Shown in pieces: positions 37,948 through 51,925 of a DNA stretch of 64,000 bases; within the stretch, counting starts at the first letter, position 1, and each line of letters opens with the position of its first letter. A program made the position numbers and the translations under genes. Under the pieces are notes generated by a model that worked only from the letters and a program-made list of their open reading frames with translations, made no database searches and was not told the DNA's origin. Location: NCBI RefSeq assembly GCF_963921235.1, contig NC_086098.1, positions 236,964,001-237,028,000 of the forward strand. The letters are read 5' to 3'. The stretch is from Mobula hypostoma (lineage: Eukaryota).

Positions 37948-40900
37948 AGATCAAAATACATAATAGAAGAAAAACAAATTCAGAACGATAAACGCAGAAA
38001 GTGCTAAGTGTAATCAGAAACAATCTAACAAATTACAGAAATCCTGCAGCAATTTAACTCAATCTGATTAGTTACACAGACAGAAATATGTGGCTAACAT
38101 TATTCACCAAAATCTTGCTTTAAATTACAAACTTATCCATACCTTACTATAAATACAAGCCTAATTCAATTATAGAGTCAGAGTCCCACAGATTATATTA
38201 CGACCGATCCGTTATTACAGATAGGACAATCCATAATAACCGATATAATAATGCAGAATAAACAAGCAAGAAAATCTTACCTAAAAGATATAGCCATTCC
38301 AAACACACATAAAATACAAAAATCAAGAAGTGTAAAACACTAGTTTATTCTGAATTAAAAGAAAATATTGAAAGATAAGAAAACATAAGCAAGGTATACA
38401 TAGTCCCGATTGTAATATATATAACAAGCATAATCTCAAAGTTACTAGCCAATATTATTAAACAATTAGACCGAAAGAGGAGAGTATGGAAAATATACAT
38501 AAATGTCCAGAAAGCTACAATACTAAACACCACTGCAGTAGTCCGAAAGTTCCTTGCAAATGAGAAATGAGTGTACTTGGCTGTGCCAGTAGCTCAAGGT
38601 TAACGAGCTTGAGCTGAGAAATAATAATAGTAATAATAATAATAATAATTTAGTCAGACGAAATAGTAACATGAAATACGCCTGACGGGGAAAAAGAGTG
38701 ATTAATTCAGGAACAATGAAAAAGTGTTATACAGGACAATGAAACTAAAGTCGAAGCACCAGAAGTAACTAACACTAGCACAAAATTACCAATAAACACA
38801 GAGATAATGAACTTATGGTCTAATATCATATCAAACAGGGCAATGGACAATCAAGCAGCAAGCTAGATGAGGAAAGAATAAAGAATGCTCTCATACAATT
38901 GATAGGAACAAACAACTGAAGCTACAATAGATATGCTAAAAAAGGGTATAAAATATCCAAAATTTGAAAGTTAGTGGCAGTGATAATATTCATAATAATT
39001 ATTTAAACAAATACTTGTCTGCATGCGTACCTACTAATATATATCAAAAATTTTCTTTAAAATCCAGAAAAAGTGCCAGAATTTTTGACAGAAGTTTCAA
39101 CTTAGGGCCAACAACACTGACTTGTAAAACAAATTTGTTACGGAAACAGCTCCTCAGTTTTATCTACATGAACTGAGAAAAAATACAACAATAATTTACC
39201 AATAGATACATGAAATGTGCCAGACGAAGAAAACAGAATGACCAATCCAGGAACAATGAAAATTGTCTATACAGGAAAGTCCGACAGAAAGGCAGAATCG
39301 CTCATGTTCTTATATTGAGCACGAAAAAGCCTTTGATTCTGCCACACTCACGGTTAATAGAAGTTCTTAATACATATAACTACACACAATACTTGTGAAA
39401 TTCCTACAAATCTGATGAAAGCAATTGCGTACTGTAACTATCCTAACAGTCAAAAGAGAACAACCATCGTTATCAAATTAAACTGAAGCAATTTTTTCTG
39501 GTGATCTCCAAGCAAACTATGGTTTTGTCTCGCCTTAAACACGCTCTCTAATTAACGGAGTCGGACGAAAATAAGGTATTAAATCAGAAACAACCAAAGG
39601 AATTAAACAGTACCTTGACACACGTATTATACATGGGTGATTTGGAATTTTACGCATTGCCACGGTGCGCGCTGGCAAACGACTGAAATCTGGTGCAGAG
39701 GAACGACTTACTCTCATCTAGATTCAGAAATAAAAGTTTAGTCAAAGGCATTCCAACAGAATATCGGTGGCTCGAGTGAGCGGCACTGCGAGACGAAGCA
39801 TTCTCAAAACAAGGACCGTGCGATTTGCGGTAATCGGGCATAGGTTGAAATAATACAGGTAACATGAAATTGCTCAGCCGGTGAAAATAGACTTACCAAG
39901 GTAACACAGAAGGCACCAGGAGACTGCATTATAAAGAGAACGTCGCTCGAGAAAAACACATGGACCTCTTAAATAACGATAAACCAATTAAGGCACTCTA
40001 AAAACCTTGGAGCGCAAACGCTGTTCAGCGCCCCGCAATAGCTCGAAGTAATTATTACAGCATCCCATTCCCTATGGCTGGCACTTGATGGCCCCGACAA
40101 ATCAGAAAACCCGAGATTCACGGACTCATCGAGAGACGGGGATTTCGAGAGGGAGGGATGGAAGAATTCGAGAAGAACAGGGGCTTGGAGACCTCGAGGT
40201 GCAGAGGGATTTGGTTGCCCAGAGAGACAGAGAGAATTAGGAGTCCCGAGAGACAGAGAGGCTTGGGATACCCGAGAGGCAGAAAGACCAAGGAACCTCA
40301 CAGGAACCACGAGCGAGATCAGGGAATCTCCAGCGAGACCAGTGAACTTCGAGTGTAGCCTCAAGAGGAAGACTTGGAAGTCCTCGAGACGGTGAGAACA
40401 CTGAAAGACAAAACTTGGAAACATTGAGCAAAACCTTGGAAACATTGAGCAAAACCTTGGAAACATTCAAAACAAAACTTTGAAACATTGAAAAACATTG
40501 GAATCACTGGAAATTAATTGGAAACCTTCAAAAGGAGTTGGAAGCATTGATGACCTTGAAAATCTTGTCGTCTTTGGAAACCTTGAAGTCCTTGATAACC
40601 CTAAGCACCTTGAACACTTAGGCCAGGATAATGAGATCTGGACGCTTAGACGCAGAAAAACCTTGATATGCAGAAAAAAAATCTTGAGACGAGGAGATCT
40701 GAGACCCTGATAACATGAAACTGAAACCTACAGAAGGAATTTGCTCTCAGTGATTTAATCTTCCATTATTGACTTGAATGCTGATTTGTTGAATCATACG
40801 GATCTAATCGATAAGATTGCTTGAAGCTTTCAATTGTTATGTAGACGTGAGACATGGGACTCAGATTCTGGGAACGCGGGCACTGGAAAAGCCTGAAGCG

Positions 40901-41837
40901 GCCACTGGAGAAACTCAGAACGTAAAGCCGAGAAGCTCGGTACGTCCACTGGTAACTTGGACTCAGGATAAGCACTGAGAATAGCAGGCACCTTCGTCTC
41001 CAGCCAACCTATGTCGAAGTCGCTGTTGAACCTCCGCTGGGCCTATTACCTGGTAGTATCACGGTGTATGCTGGTAAACAACTGAACCGAGGAGCGTAGG
41101 AACGACGAACTCCCATGTAGAGACGGAAAACAGGGTTTATATTGAATACCAACAGCACATCGGTGGTTCGGCCAAGCGACACCGCGAGGCGAATCTTTCT
41201 CAAAGTCTTTTATTAACAAGTAAAGGAAATAGAACATAATGCTATAAAGTGAAGAACATTCTACAGAATTTACGTTATAGCTTAAGTAACTCTGCCATAC
41301 AGAATTCAACAGTAAAAATATAACAAACGCAAACACTTTCACTATACGCATATTACCGTACTCCTTTGGCATAATATTGTGGTCCGAAACCGATCAGGAA
41401 AACTTGCAAAGAAAAGTAAGAACTGCAATCACAAATTTTAGAAAACACCATGAGCATTCAAACGCACTTAGATTAACACTATCGATCACGGAAGGAATAA
41501 GGGGCGTAAAAAATTGCACGGCAGTCAGATATAACGTCTGCGGATATACTTTCATCAATATAAACAGGATTCACTGCTCCACGTCAGCATATGCAATTCT
41601 GATAAGCAGTGCACACCACTAAGCTTAAGTGAAAGCATAACCCAGAAAAATGAATAAATTATCAGTACAGGAGAAAATGGAAGAGAATGGAAGAGAATAA
41701 CCCTCTACGGAAGACAGCCCCTCTATCTGAGCAGAGGAGAGGTCGACTATGAAGTATTATATGCTAGCTTCAGAGATGGAAAACTCTTCCCAGCAACAGA
41801 GGAATTCCTTGTGGCAATACAGTACAGTGCCAGTGGT

Positions 41838-41874
<37 letters not shown>

Positions 41875-43950
41875 ATAGATGATCAAAACATTCAAGACGA
41901 TAAATGCAGAAAATGCTTAGAGAATAGAGAAATAATCCAACACATTACAGGATCCTGCAGCAGTTTAACTCAGTGGGTTTACTTACAGCACCACACTGAA
42001 ATGGCAAATGTCATTGACCAAAATCTTGCTTTAATATAGAAACTCATAAAAGACACCACACTTTGCTATAAATACAAGCCTGATTCATTTCTACATAAAA
42101 GCCCCAGAAATTATTTTACGACTGATCCATTATTACAGAGAGGAAAATCCATAACAACAATCCGGATATAATATTGCAGGATAAACAAGCAAGAAGAACT
42201 TGCATAATAGAAATAGTCAGTCCAAGCACACATAAAATAGAGAAATCGATAAGTGAAAAACAGCAGAAACATGCGGAATTAAAAAAAGGAAAGTTAAAGA
42301 CCGCGGAACATGCACACGGTATACTTTGTCCCAATACTATTATCTATAAAAGTTGTTATCCTAAAGTTAACTACACAATATTACTAAAGAATTAGGGTTA
42401 TACAGTAATATTTATATAAATGACCAGAAAGCCATCATATTAAACACCACTAGAATAGTCGGAGGTTTCCGAACAATTGAGAAAAGAGTCTGCTCAACTA
42501 TGCCCGTACCACAGGTTATACCATCTTGAGCTGAGGAAAATTATAGAAATAATAAAAATAATAACAGATGAATATAAAATATTCAACATTACGAAATGTG
42601 CAATACAGCTAATAAAATACAAACCAGAGCAGCAGGATACAACTGAACCAATGGATGAACATGAAAACATGTAAGTATCTGGGATATTGACAAAGAAAAC
42701 ATACCGTAGTGCGGTGAAGGAAAAACGTTTGACTGAATTTACTTCAAGGTTCAAGAAATTCTGCTAAACAGTGCTCATCCGTAAAAAGTATAACAAACGC
42801 ATAAACACTTTTGCTATATCTATATCATCGCATTCCTTTGGCATGCTATCTTGGTCTGAAACCGATATGGAAATTTTACATAGAAAATTAGAACTAAAAT
42901 GATAACGTTGAGAAAACATTACGTATATTCATATGTGTTTTGATTAACACTACCTAGGACAGAAGGGGGAAAGAGGAATAGCAGATATTAAAAATCAGCA
43001 CAACAGTTAAATAAAACTCCCGAGGACAGCCTTTCATCAACGAAAACGGATTCAGTACACCACGTGAGCATATGCAATTTTGATGAATATAGACGTCTAA
43101 ACTTAAATGAGAACATAACCCAGCAAAATGGAGAAGTTATCACTATTGATGAGACAGTTGACCAATGGAAGAACATGACCCTTCATGGAAGACATCCCCA
43201 CGATATGAGAGAACTAGACGCCGACAAGGAAGTGTCATATGCCTGGCCCTTAGTTAGAGATCCCCTCCCAGAACAGAAGGGTTCTTTGTGGTAATGCAGG
43301 ACCAGGTAGTGGACACAAAAATATCACAATACATAATAAAACACCAACAAATTCAGTATTATAAATGTAGTAAATGCCAAGGGAAACCAAAAACAATCCA
43401 ACACATTGCAGGAGCCTGTGGCAGTCGAACACAACCTGATTACTTACACAGGCACAATCAAATAGCAAATACCATTCACCAAACTCTTGCTTTAAAATAC
43501 AAACTCATAAAAGGAATCATACCTCACTATAAATACAACCCTGATCCAGTTTTAGAGTAAGGATGCCAAAACTTACATTACCACCGATCTGTTTTTCCGG
43601 ACAGGTTAATCCACAAAAACTGTCTGGCTATAAAAACACAGGAAAAACTGATAAGAACAACTTACTTAATAGATATAGCCATTTCAAACACACATGTCTT
43701 ATAGATAGCAATAAGTGATAAATACCAGAAAAATGCTGAATTAAAAGAGGATTTTGAACGACTTTGCAACATGAATAGGGTATACATTGGCCCGATAGTA
43801 ATACCTGCAACTGACATCATTAGCCACAATGCTAAACACCACAAGAAAATCCTGAAAGTTCCTAGTAACTAGAAATATAGCGTGCCTACCTCAGGTTTTA
43901 CCAGTTTGAACTGAGAAAAAAAATTAAAATAATCTAACAATAAATAAATA
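37760..43950 (+). mobile_element. Head-to-tail array of 5'-truncated R4/Dong-type elements
   Basis: Repeated CCHC/RLE modules (ETIQHI..C..YL.RHN; KATILNTT..V.KFL) and a YMGDLEFY RT remnant. Four 3' ends (GA[G/A]CTGAG + A/(AAT)n) occur at ~38620, 39180, 42540 and 43915. Confidence 0.8.
40020..41180. repeat. Unclassified insertion in the Dong array, possibly a Gypsy-type LTR/leader, with a 21-bp tandem repeat at ~40417-40500
   Basis: Interrupts Dong RT homology; GGAAACATTGAGCAAAACCTT x~3; no TSD confirmed. Confidence 0.35.
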
Positions 43951-44039
43951 TATAAATATATGTTGACAACATGAGCTGAAGAGTCCTTTTAGGCGAGTCT
44001 ATATGTTGTGGGACTAGTTCAATGATGGGGCGAGAGAAT

Positions 44040-46390
44040 TTGCGCTAAGATATCCTCTCTGGTTCAACAGCCTGAAGGTTGCGGGTAATAACTGTTTCTG
44101 AAATTCGTGGTGTGGGTCCTGAGGCTCCTCTACCTGTTTCCAGATGGCAGCAGCGAGTGAGGAGCATGGTCTGGGTGGTGGGAACATGATGATGGATGCT
44201 GCCTTCCTGCGACAGCGCTCTGTGTAGATGTACTCAGCAATGGTAGGGATAGCTTTGCCCGTGATGAACGGGCCGCACCCAGTGCTTTTTCGTAGAATTC
44301 TCCATTGAAGGGCATTGGCACTTCCTCACCACGCCTTGATGCAACTGGTCAATATGCTCTCCACCATACATCAATAGAATTTTGTCAAGTTTTAGATGTA
44401 ATGCCGAATCTTCGCAAGTTTCGAAGGAAGTAGAGACACTGCCGTTCTAAACTCGTAATTGTAATTATGTGCTGGGCTCTGGACAAATCCCTTCAAATAA
44501 TAACACCGAAGAATTCAACTTTGACAAGCCTATGAGGGTTCGCTCGTGGACCACCGGTTTCCTCCTTCTGAATCCAATAATGAGATTTTTGATCGTGATG
44601 GTATTAAGTGATGGGTTGTTATTGTGGCACCACTCAGCCATATTTTTACTCTTTCTCCTAAATGCTGATTTGTCACTACCTTTGCTTTTTGGTGTCGTCA
44701 GCAAATTTGGAGTTGTTCTTTGTCTCAGTCACGCGTGTAAAGCGAGTGCAACAACAGGCTAAACACAAAACCTTGTGGCACCTTTGGAGATTGTGGAGGA
44801 GATATTGTTGCCAATCCTAAGCAGACTGGGTTCTGCAAGTGAGAAAATCGAGGAGCTATACAGTAAAGTTTGATGGCAAGGCTTCATTGATTACGTTTGA
44901 GTCGACGGTAATATTAAACGCTGAGCTGTAATCGATAAAGAGCATCATTCGCATATTTGCTGTACAGATGTTCCGATTTTCAGTTAAGAGCCGTAGAAAT
45001 GGCATATGCTATGGACAAGTTGTGCGGACCTTAGTCGTTTCTCAGTCAGTTGATATGTTTCACCACCAATCGCTCAAACCACTTCAATACCGTGGATGTA
45101 AGTGCTGCTGGACGATGGACGTTGAGACTGGTTACACGTTCTTCATCGGTACCGGTATGATTGAAGCCAGCTTGAAGCGGGCGGGTACCCCAGACTACCA
45201 AAGCGAGGGGTGAAAGATACAGGTGAAAATTCGAACCAGTTGATCAGCAGAAGTGTTTCATACACGGTTCGGCATCTGAGCAGGATGATTTCTGTGGGTT
45301 CTCCTTCCTGAAGTATGTTCTCACGTTGGCCTCAGAGAATGAAATCTCAAGATCAACGAGGGCTAGCTAAGTTCGTGAAGCTGCCTCCAGGTTTTGACCA
45401 TCAAATGGAGCATAACCTCATCTGGAAGAGAAGCGTTGTTGTCAGCTATATAGCTTGGTTTCACTTTATAAATCCTAATAGAAGGCAAGCCCTGCCACAG
45501 CTGTCGAACATTATTCTATGATTCAAGGACAGTCCGGATTTGCCACTTTGCACGTGCGGTGGCTCTCCGAAGATTGTACTTGGGTCTCTTGTATCTTACT
45601 TGGTCACCAGACATAGAACGGTAGGCATTCCATATCGTACTATAGCACTGGGCGAGTGTGTTGGGGCCCTGGTGCTGCAGCTTATAAGCTGATGATAATT
45701 GGGCAGAGATATTCAAACAAGCTCAACTGAAGTCCCTTACAAAGACTTGAAATGCATTGGGGTGGGTTGTTTATTTTTTGGTGATGACAGCGTTCAATAT
45801 CTCGAGTGCCGGATTAACATCGGCTTTTGGTGGCATGAGAACTTCGGTCAGGTTCATAAAGGAGAACATTCTTTGTAAGTAGAACGGCCGGCGCTTAATC
45901 GTTCGATGTCTTGGTCAGGGGAAGAACAGTACGACAAAATCGCTACACCCGAGCGCCGCAAAGGGTTCGTCATGAACCTCATAAGTTCTCCTTTTGCATT
46001 CTCCAAATCAGCAGTTCGGTCCATCCTGTGTATCGGTCTTACAGATGTATCAGGCATGTCCTCAGTGCCATGTCTCCGTGAAGCACAGAACACAGCAATT
46101 CCTCATTTATCTCTCTAGACCAATCTTGCCTTTAGGTCCTCAATCTTGTTCTGTTGTGACTGTACATTTGCTAACAGGATGCTGAGTAGACGAGCTTTCG
46201 TTGTTTCAGGTTTCAGTCTGGCTTTGACTCCTCCCGTCCACCCTCTCTTCCAGCCAAAACGGTAGACGTTCATCATCTTAAAGCTTTCGTATCTGCGTAC
46301 TTGAGAGTTAAGTCCGCCGAATTCTTCAGAAGATCGTGAAATCGCTCGTTCATTACGACAGTTCAAACGTACGTTGCTTTAAGGTACCGT
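44040..46390 (-). mobile_element. Degenerate Rex1/Babar-type LINE fragments
   Basis: QNKIEDLKARL (APE start), KFADDT..EWCHNNN (RT) and 3' UTR. Confidence 0.7.
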
Positions 46391-48744
46391 CCCATGACTG
46401 CATTGACTTCCGGTAAGATGGCAGCGCGTCTTAATGGAGGGGCCTCTCGGGGGCAAACCCAAGGTGATTTTTTTCTTTGTAAAATTTCATCCTTACGGTC
46501 CAAAGGCAATTCTACTCCAATATCATTGCACAGTGCGGGGCGTCGAAAGGGTCGGCCGAGTCGTCGACGGAGCTGGTCGGGATATTGGAGGAGGCTGCCG
46601 ATGTATCCGAGGAGCCGGTTTGGGTGCGAAGAAGCAGACTTGGCTGCGGACTATGTTGCTGCCCACCCGGAAGCATCGGAGTAGGTGCAGCATAACCGTG
46701 GGAGATTGTCTCGGACATATTACTTACGATCCAACCTATTTGACAGTGATAGTGTAAATTGCCGCAGGCCTGTTACCCTTGTCCGGTGGTGGGACAGTCG
46801 ATATGGGAGTTGTGTAGTCTCAGTTGCAGCGAGAACTTGGCCTTAATCGTTGAACTTGCCTCTAGTGCAATTCAGGCCAGCGACGCGAAAGCGCTCCAGC
46901 GTGGTTGAGCTCGGCTGGTCCATGGCATCGCCCATAGGTGCTGCCTTCTCGTGTTCGAGCGGTGGAATGATAGGCTGGATTGTGTGCGTCTGCTGACTGC
47001 CGGGAGACTGTACCATCGATTGTTGACCATTGTCGCCCAGGATCTGTTTATGTTTTTGTTGAGTGAATATGCTTCTCGGCTCGATATTTTGAATTATCTT
47101 ACACGTTGTTTTTGTATGTTTACTTGCTATTTTAGATGTTTTGCATTTTGCCCTTGAGGAACGTTCAGTTGCATCTAGCTATAGTTTGAATGAGAGTTAA
47201 ACGATTTGATTTGAAAGGGAAATTAAAGACTGCAGATTGTAGTGAGAGCAATTTAGAAGACACATTTTTGGAGTTTTGTAAGCAGCAAACAGAATTGATA
47301 CACCGGCTCAATCTTCACTACGTTTATTATCATTAAATTGTATACCTGTATACCGCCAAACGAAATAAATTTCCTCCAGACCAAGATGCACAACACAGTG
47401 CATATAACGCACACACACCACATAAAATAATATTAACGCAAATAAGTTAACAAATATTAAAACATATTCCAGAAGATTGACATTCAGCATAAGGATCGTT
47501 TAGGACACAAGGCAAAAAGTAAACAGTATAACTCTTTTGGGGCTTTATACGTGATGAGATCTGGACAGTGACCCGAATTCAATAGACTTACAGCCTCGGG
47601 GAAGAAGCTGCTTCCTATCCTGACAGTCATGTCCTAATGCTAAATTATCTTCTGCTTGATGGTAGGTGCTCAAAAGAAGGGGTAAACAGCGCTGCAAAAA
47701 AAAAAAAAGAACCAAGGTTCTTTTCGCCGTTGAACCTGGCTAACTGGCTACAATCAGGTTTAAGGCTGCGTTCCACTGCCACCACATTATTCGTGTTCTC
47801 TTTTCCAGTTGACAATTTTCCCCTTTAAAATCCAGTACATTTTATAATTCAGTAAACCATAGTATTTAGATTGCTTATTACCATTGCAGATGATAAAGCG
47901 GCTAATTATATGTGGAAAACATATACCTCAGGACATCCAGGAAAGCTGTCAGGGTGGCGCGTTTTCCTTATATCGCTTATTTAACTAACCATTTCACAAC
48001 GTTACAATGTTTGCACTGAAAAGCTGGAATAGGAGAAACATGCACCGAAAGTGCCCTCATAGGGACGCAATCGCTCTCGTTTGGAAGATTTCGTGAGCGA
48101 TCGGAACGAGAACCTACATGCAATTTATACTGTCCCTTCTATTCGTCACGGGATTTCTATCACGTAATGTCGCCCTTATTTGCACAGTAATATTACTGCT
48201 GAGTGTGTGAGAGGGAAAACAGTGAATCCGAGAGAATTCGTCAACATAGCTCATTATAACTGAGCGGAAGTTAGAGGGGAGCTACCTGCCCAGCCTTTCG
48301 GTTACAGTCAATCACTTTGTTCCAAGAACATACAATGCGAAGCGTTGTAATTCTGCCTCCAATGCAAATATTCCTCCCATAAATACAGAGAACAAAATTA
48401 CAGGCTGTGTTCTCAACAGCTTCCTCTAAATTTTCAACAGATTTTCTCTATGTATGTATATCATACGCTTTTTAATTCAATAAAGGATACCAATGCATGC
48501 AACTCCCCAATTGACTATACAACGCCCGCATTCTAGTTGTAGAGTTTACGGTGCGGATTCTACCAACTACCCAGAACAAACCTGGCTGATTTGATTTGAC
48601 GCAGATGGCGCATTTCACTGTAGGTTACGATGTACAAATAATACCAATCCTTTAATCTTTAACATATTATATTAAATGTTTATTTGTAGTAGTGTTTTAA
48701 TGTTTGAAACGTGTTTGACTGCTGCAGAATTTTCTAAGATATTT

Positions 48745-49390
48745 CCTCTTTCCAATATATTTTATTAATTTTACATATAAGAATACAGAGTACAATATAT
48801 ATAATCAATACATTATACTAAATCGCATATAAAGACTCCTTACCCTATATTCATACAAATTAATTAATTCGTAACATTGAAATATAGTAATTTTATTGTT
48901 AAAAAAAACTAACCCAGTACCAAGACCGAAGCTGATTACTAAAAAAAGAGAAAAAATATTAGTCGTCATCTGTGCTTTAACAGCAAATCAAAACGTTTAA
49001 AAATAATTCAAAAAAGGTCCCCACAATGGTCGAAAGTCTTGGCTAGATTCAGAGATTGAACATCGAATCTTCTCTAAATTTAAACATGACAACACAACAC
49101 GTAACCATTGAGCGTGCACAGGAGGGGCGGCATCTTATCATTTAAGCAAGAGCGTCCTTCTGGCCATAAGAGAAATAAAAGCCAAGATGTGCAATTCAGA
49201 TGACTCCAAAATAATATCCTTCCCTCCAACAATACCAAATAAAGCGGTCAAAGGATTAGCCTTAAAGTTAACTTTGAAAAGTATCGAGAAAGTTTGAAAT
49301 ACTTCTTTCTAATATTTTCGAAGACCCAGGCATGTGCAAAACATATGAATGAGTGAAGCTTTTCCATTATTACATTTATCGCAATACAGA
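48745..49390 (-). mobile_element. L1/Tx1-like LINE 3' end, inserted after the segmental duplication
   Basis: LAFISLMARR..AQWLRVVLSCLNLEKIRCS..LWGPFLNYF; absent at the paralogous site (~18990). Confidence 0.75.
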
Positions 49391-50782
49391 GGCATCTAAA
49401 AAAAACGCGACAACTTATCCTTGGATGTTTTCAATTGTTAAAAAATGTTAATCATTCGAACCCAGGTGAGGGCGCTATATACACGGCTGCTCATCTGATT
49501 CCTACTGTATGGACAAAATTTCTTTTCTAATGCCTCGCACGTTGATTTGTATGCTCCAGAAACAGAATACTTAATTTGGAAATAATGATCCCTGAACGTC
49601 AGGATACAGGATGGCACCACCCAATCAACATTGAAACTTCATTAATGACCAAATTAGGTTTCTACACGAAATGCCGGAGGAACTCAGCACGTCAGGCAAC
49701 ATCTATGGAATGAAATAAAGTGTCGGTATTTCAGGCCGAGGTCCTTCAGTAGTTCCGATGAAGAGACTCAGCCCAAAGCATCGACATTATTCGCTTCCAT
49801 AGATGCTGCTTGACCTGGATCCGATCGGGAATACTGCACAACCTTCGACAGTGAAACACACTTCAAATATCAAACATCAAATATAAAAAAAAACATCAGC
49901 CAGCATACAATCACTACCTCTCTAGATGAAATCAGTTTTTCTTCTGAACAAGCTCATTAGCCAGCACAAAATGCTGGAGGAACTCAACAGGCCAGGCAGC
50001 ATCTATGGAAAAGAGTACACTCGATGCTTTGGGTCGTATCAGTAGTACTCTTTAAACGCCACGCTATACACCAGGGAGGATCTATATCCATACCACGTTG
50101 TCATTTCACGTTGTTTCCCGGTTCTGCAACTCTATCCCATGTGTCAAATACAGAAGTCTCAGGCTCCACAACACCAGGCTCAGGAACAGATATTACCTGA
50201 CAAACATCAGATGCTGAACCAGCGGGGATGGCTTCAGAAGTCATTGCTCTGAACTCATTCCACAACCTATCAACTCCCTTTTAATGACACTGTAACTCAT
50301 GCTCTCAGTATTATCTATTTATCGATCGATTTATTTATCCATCTATCCATCCCTCTATCTACCTATTCATTTATCCACGGCTTTCTTCTTTTGCCATTGG
50401 TTGTTTATAGCTGCTTGCCTCTAGTTTTCATTGATTCTATAGTATAGAGAATTTATTTGTTCTACTGAGAATACCCGTTAGAAAATCAATCTCAGAGTAG
50501 TTTATAGTAACATATCCACACTTGGATATACATATATTTACTTTGAGCATTGAAGGTGACGTCACACTAAATGACAGGGAGTTCCCAGACTCTGAGACAT
50601 GTTTACATATTCAGGGATTTGATTGTCAAGGGTTAGTGCAGGAAATACTAACTGAGATGAAAATATCACCGTGATCCCTTTGAATGAAGGAGTGCGAGAA
50701 AGTGGGGAATGGAAAACATTGGGTTCTGTGCGTTACATATTACGTTCCCCTGCCCAGACCTTAAAATATTCCTGTGGCAGAG

Positions 50783-50833
<51 letters not shown>

Positions 50834-51611
50834 TGTGTGTGTAAGTGGTCCGGGGGTTTGGGGGGAGCGGTGCGTGGGGATTGTTGCGGTATGGTGTGGG
50901 GGCGTACGAGGAGGCCGAATGGTCTTTGTGGAAGAACTTACTGAACCGAAAATTTCAGATTGAAAGAATGCCCATGTTACGGGGAAACATCCTTGCAGTG
51001 TAACACGCCCAGCGGTGTTCAAAAGGCAGTGTAAATGTCTCCCTCCCTCCCACAGGGATGGTTGGAAGTGAAGAGCAGAGGTTACAGGACGGCAAGAAAA
51101 AGAAGATGCCGGTGATGGCGGGAGCGGAACGAAGACGGAAAAGGGCAGCGCAGGACATAGAGATCACCATGGTAAGCAAGGGCGGAACAGTATATGTGCA
51201 TAGAGTTGGGTGTAATTCTATATGAGGCGGCTCCCAGATGGAAAATTATCCACACGCAAACTCCCAGCGTACTGTGAGCAGCCGAATAAAGACAGGGCAC
51301 GATAAACAAGCGGCGAGCTGCTTCTTTATTACAAGTTGTGTTACACACGATTCAGTAACAACGTGGACACCGTCCTCATTCTCCACACAGTGAAAGTTCA
51401 GGCACAGCAAAGTGGATAAAATTCTACTGAGAATGACTCGCCGCAGAAGATGGATAATCATCAGGATAATTTCTGAAATTATTAAATGTTCTGTTTGTTC
51501 GCAGAAGCGGACATTACTAGAAACTTATATCACAGAAGCCGGCTGCACAGTCCCAGTGCGGGATTCACTGCATTAAATAGGAGCAAACAATCTGCGTGAA
51601 ATGAAAACCAT

Positions 51612-51925
51612 CTGCGCACAGGAGGAGGAAGAGATGGTGTTGCGCAGGGGCGAGCTCAGCGAGCTGCGGCTTACGCTGCAGGAATAGCTTGAGCCCTTGT
51701 TCCAGGCAGCAGCGGGTACCCGCAGGTAACTACTCAGCCTGCAGGTCTCGTCCATGATGTTTTTTCGTCACTTCCCTCTCCTCCCGACTCTATTCACGCT
51801 TCAGCGCAGTGCTGCCAAGTCCAGTTTAAAGCCGCTCACTTGACAGGAGAGAGTGGTTGAACCCGAGCCGTTCTCTTCCGGGGCGCGAGGGAGCAGGCGA
51901 GCCGACGATTTCCGGACTTCGCGAC
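51612..51925 (-). pseudogene. Duplicated IgL constant exon pseudogene (psiC, C3) with no V or J of its own
   Basis: The acceptor cactcag|GT is retained. The conserved Trp codon is TGG>TGA at 51801-51803, there is a central deletion with a second stop, and the normal stop after CAQ is lost. The 3' half still reads RLSSYLRVPAAAWNKGSSYSCSVSRSSLSSPLRNTISSSSCAQ. Confidence 0.9.

Noticed and set aside
40417-40500. 21-bp repeat as a CRISPR-like array
   Set aside because: Contiguous tandem units without spacers, in eukaryotic DNA
51573-51755. 60-aa ORF covering the 3' half of psiC
   Set aside because: The ATG was created at a rearranged junction, there is no leader or promoter, and half an Ig domain would not fold
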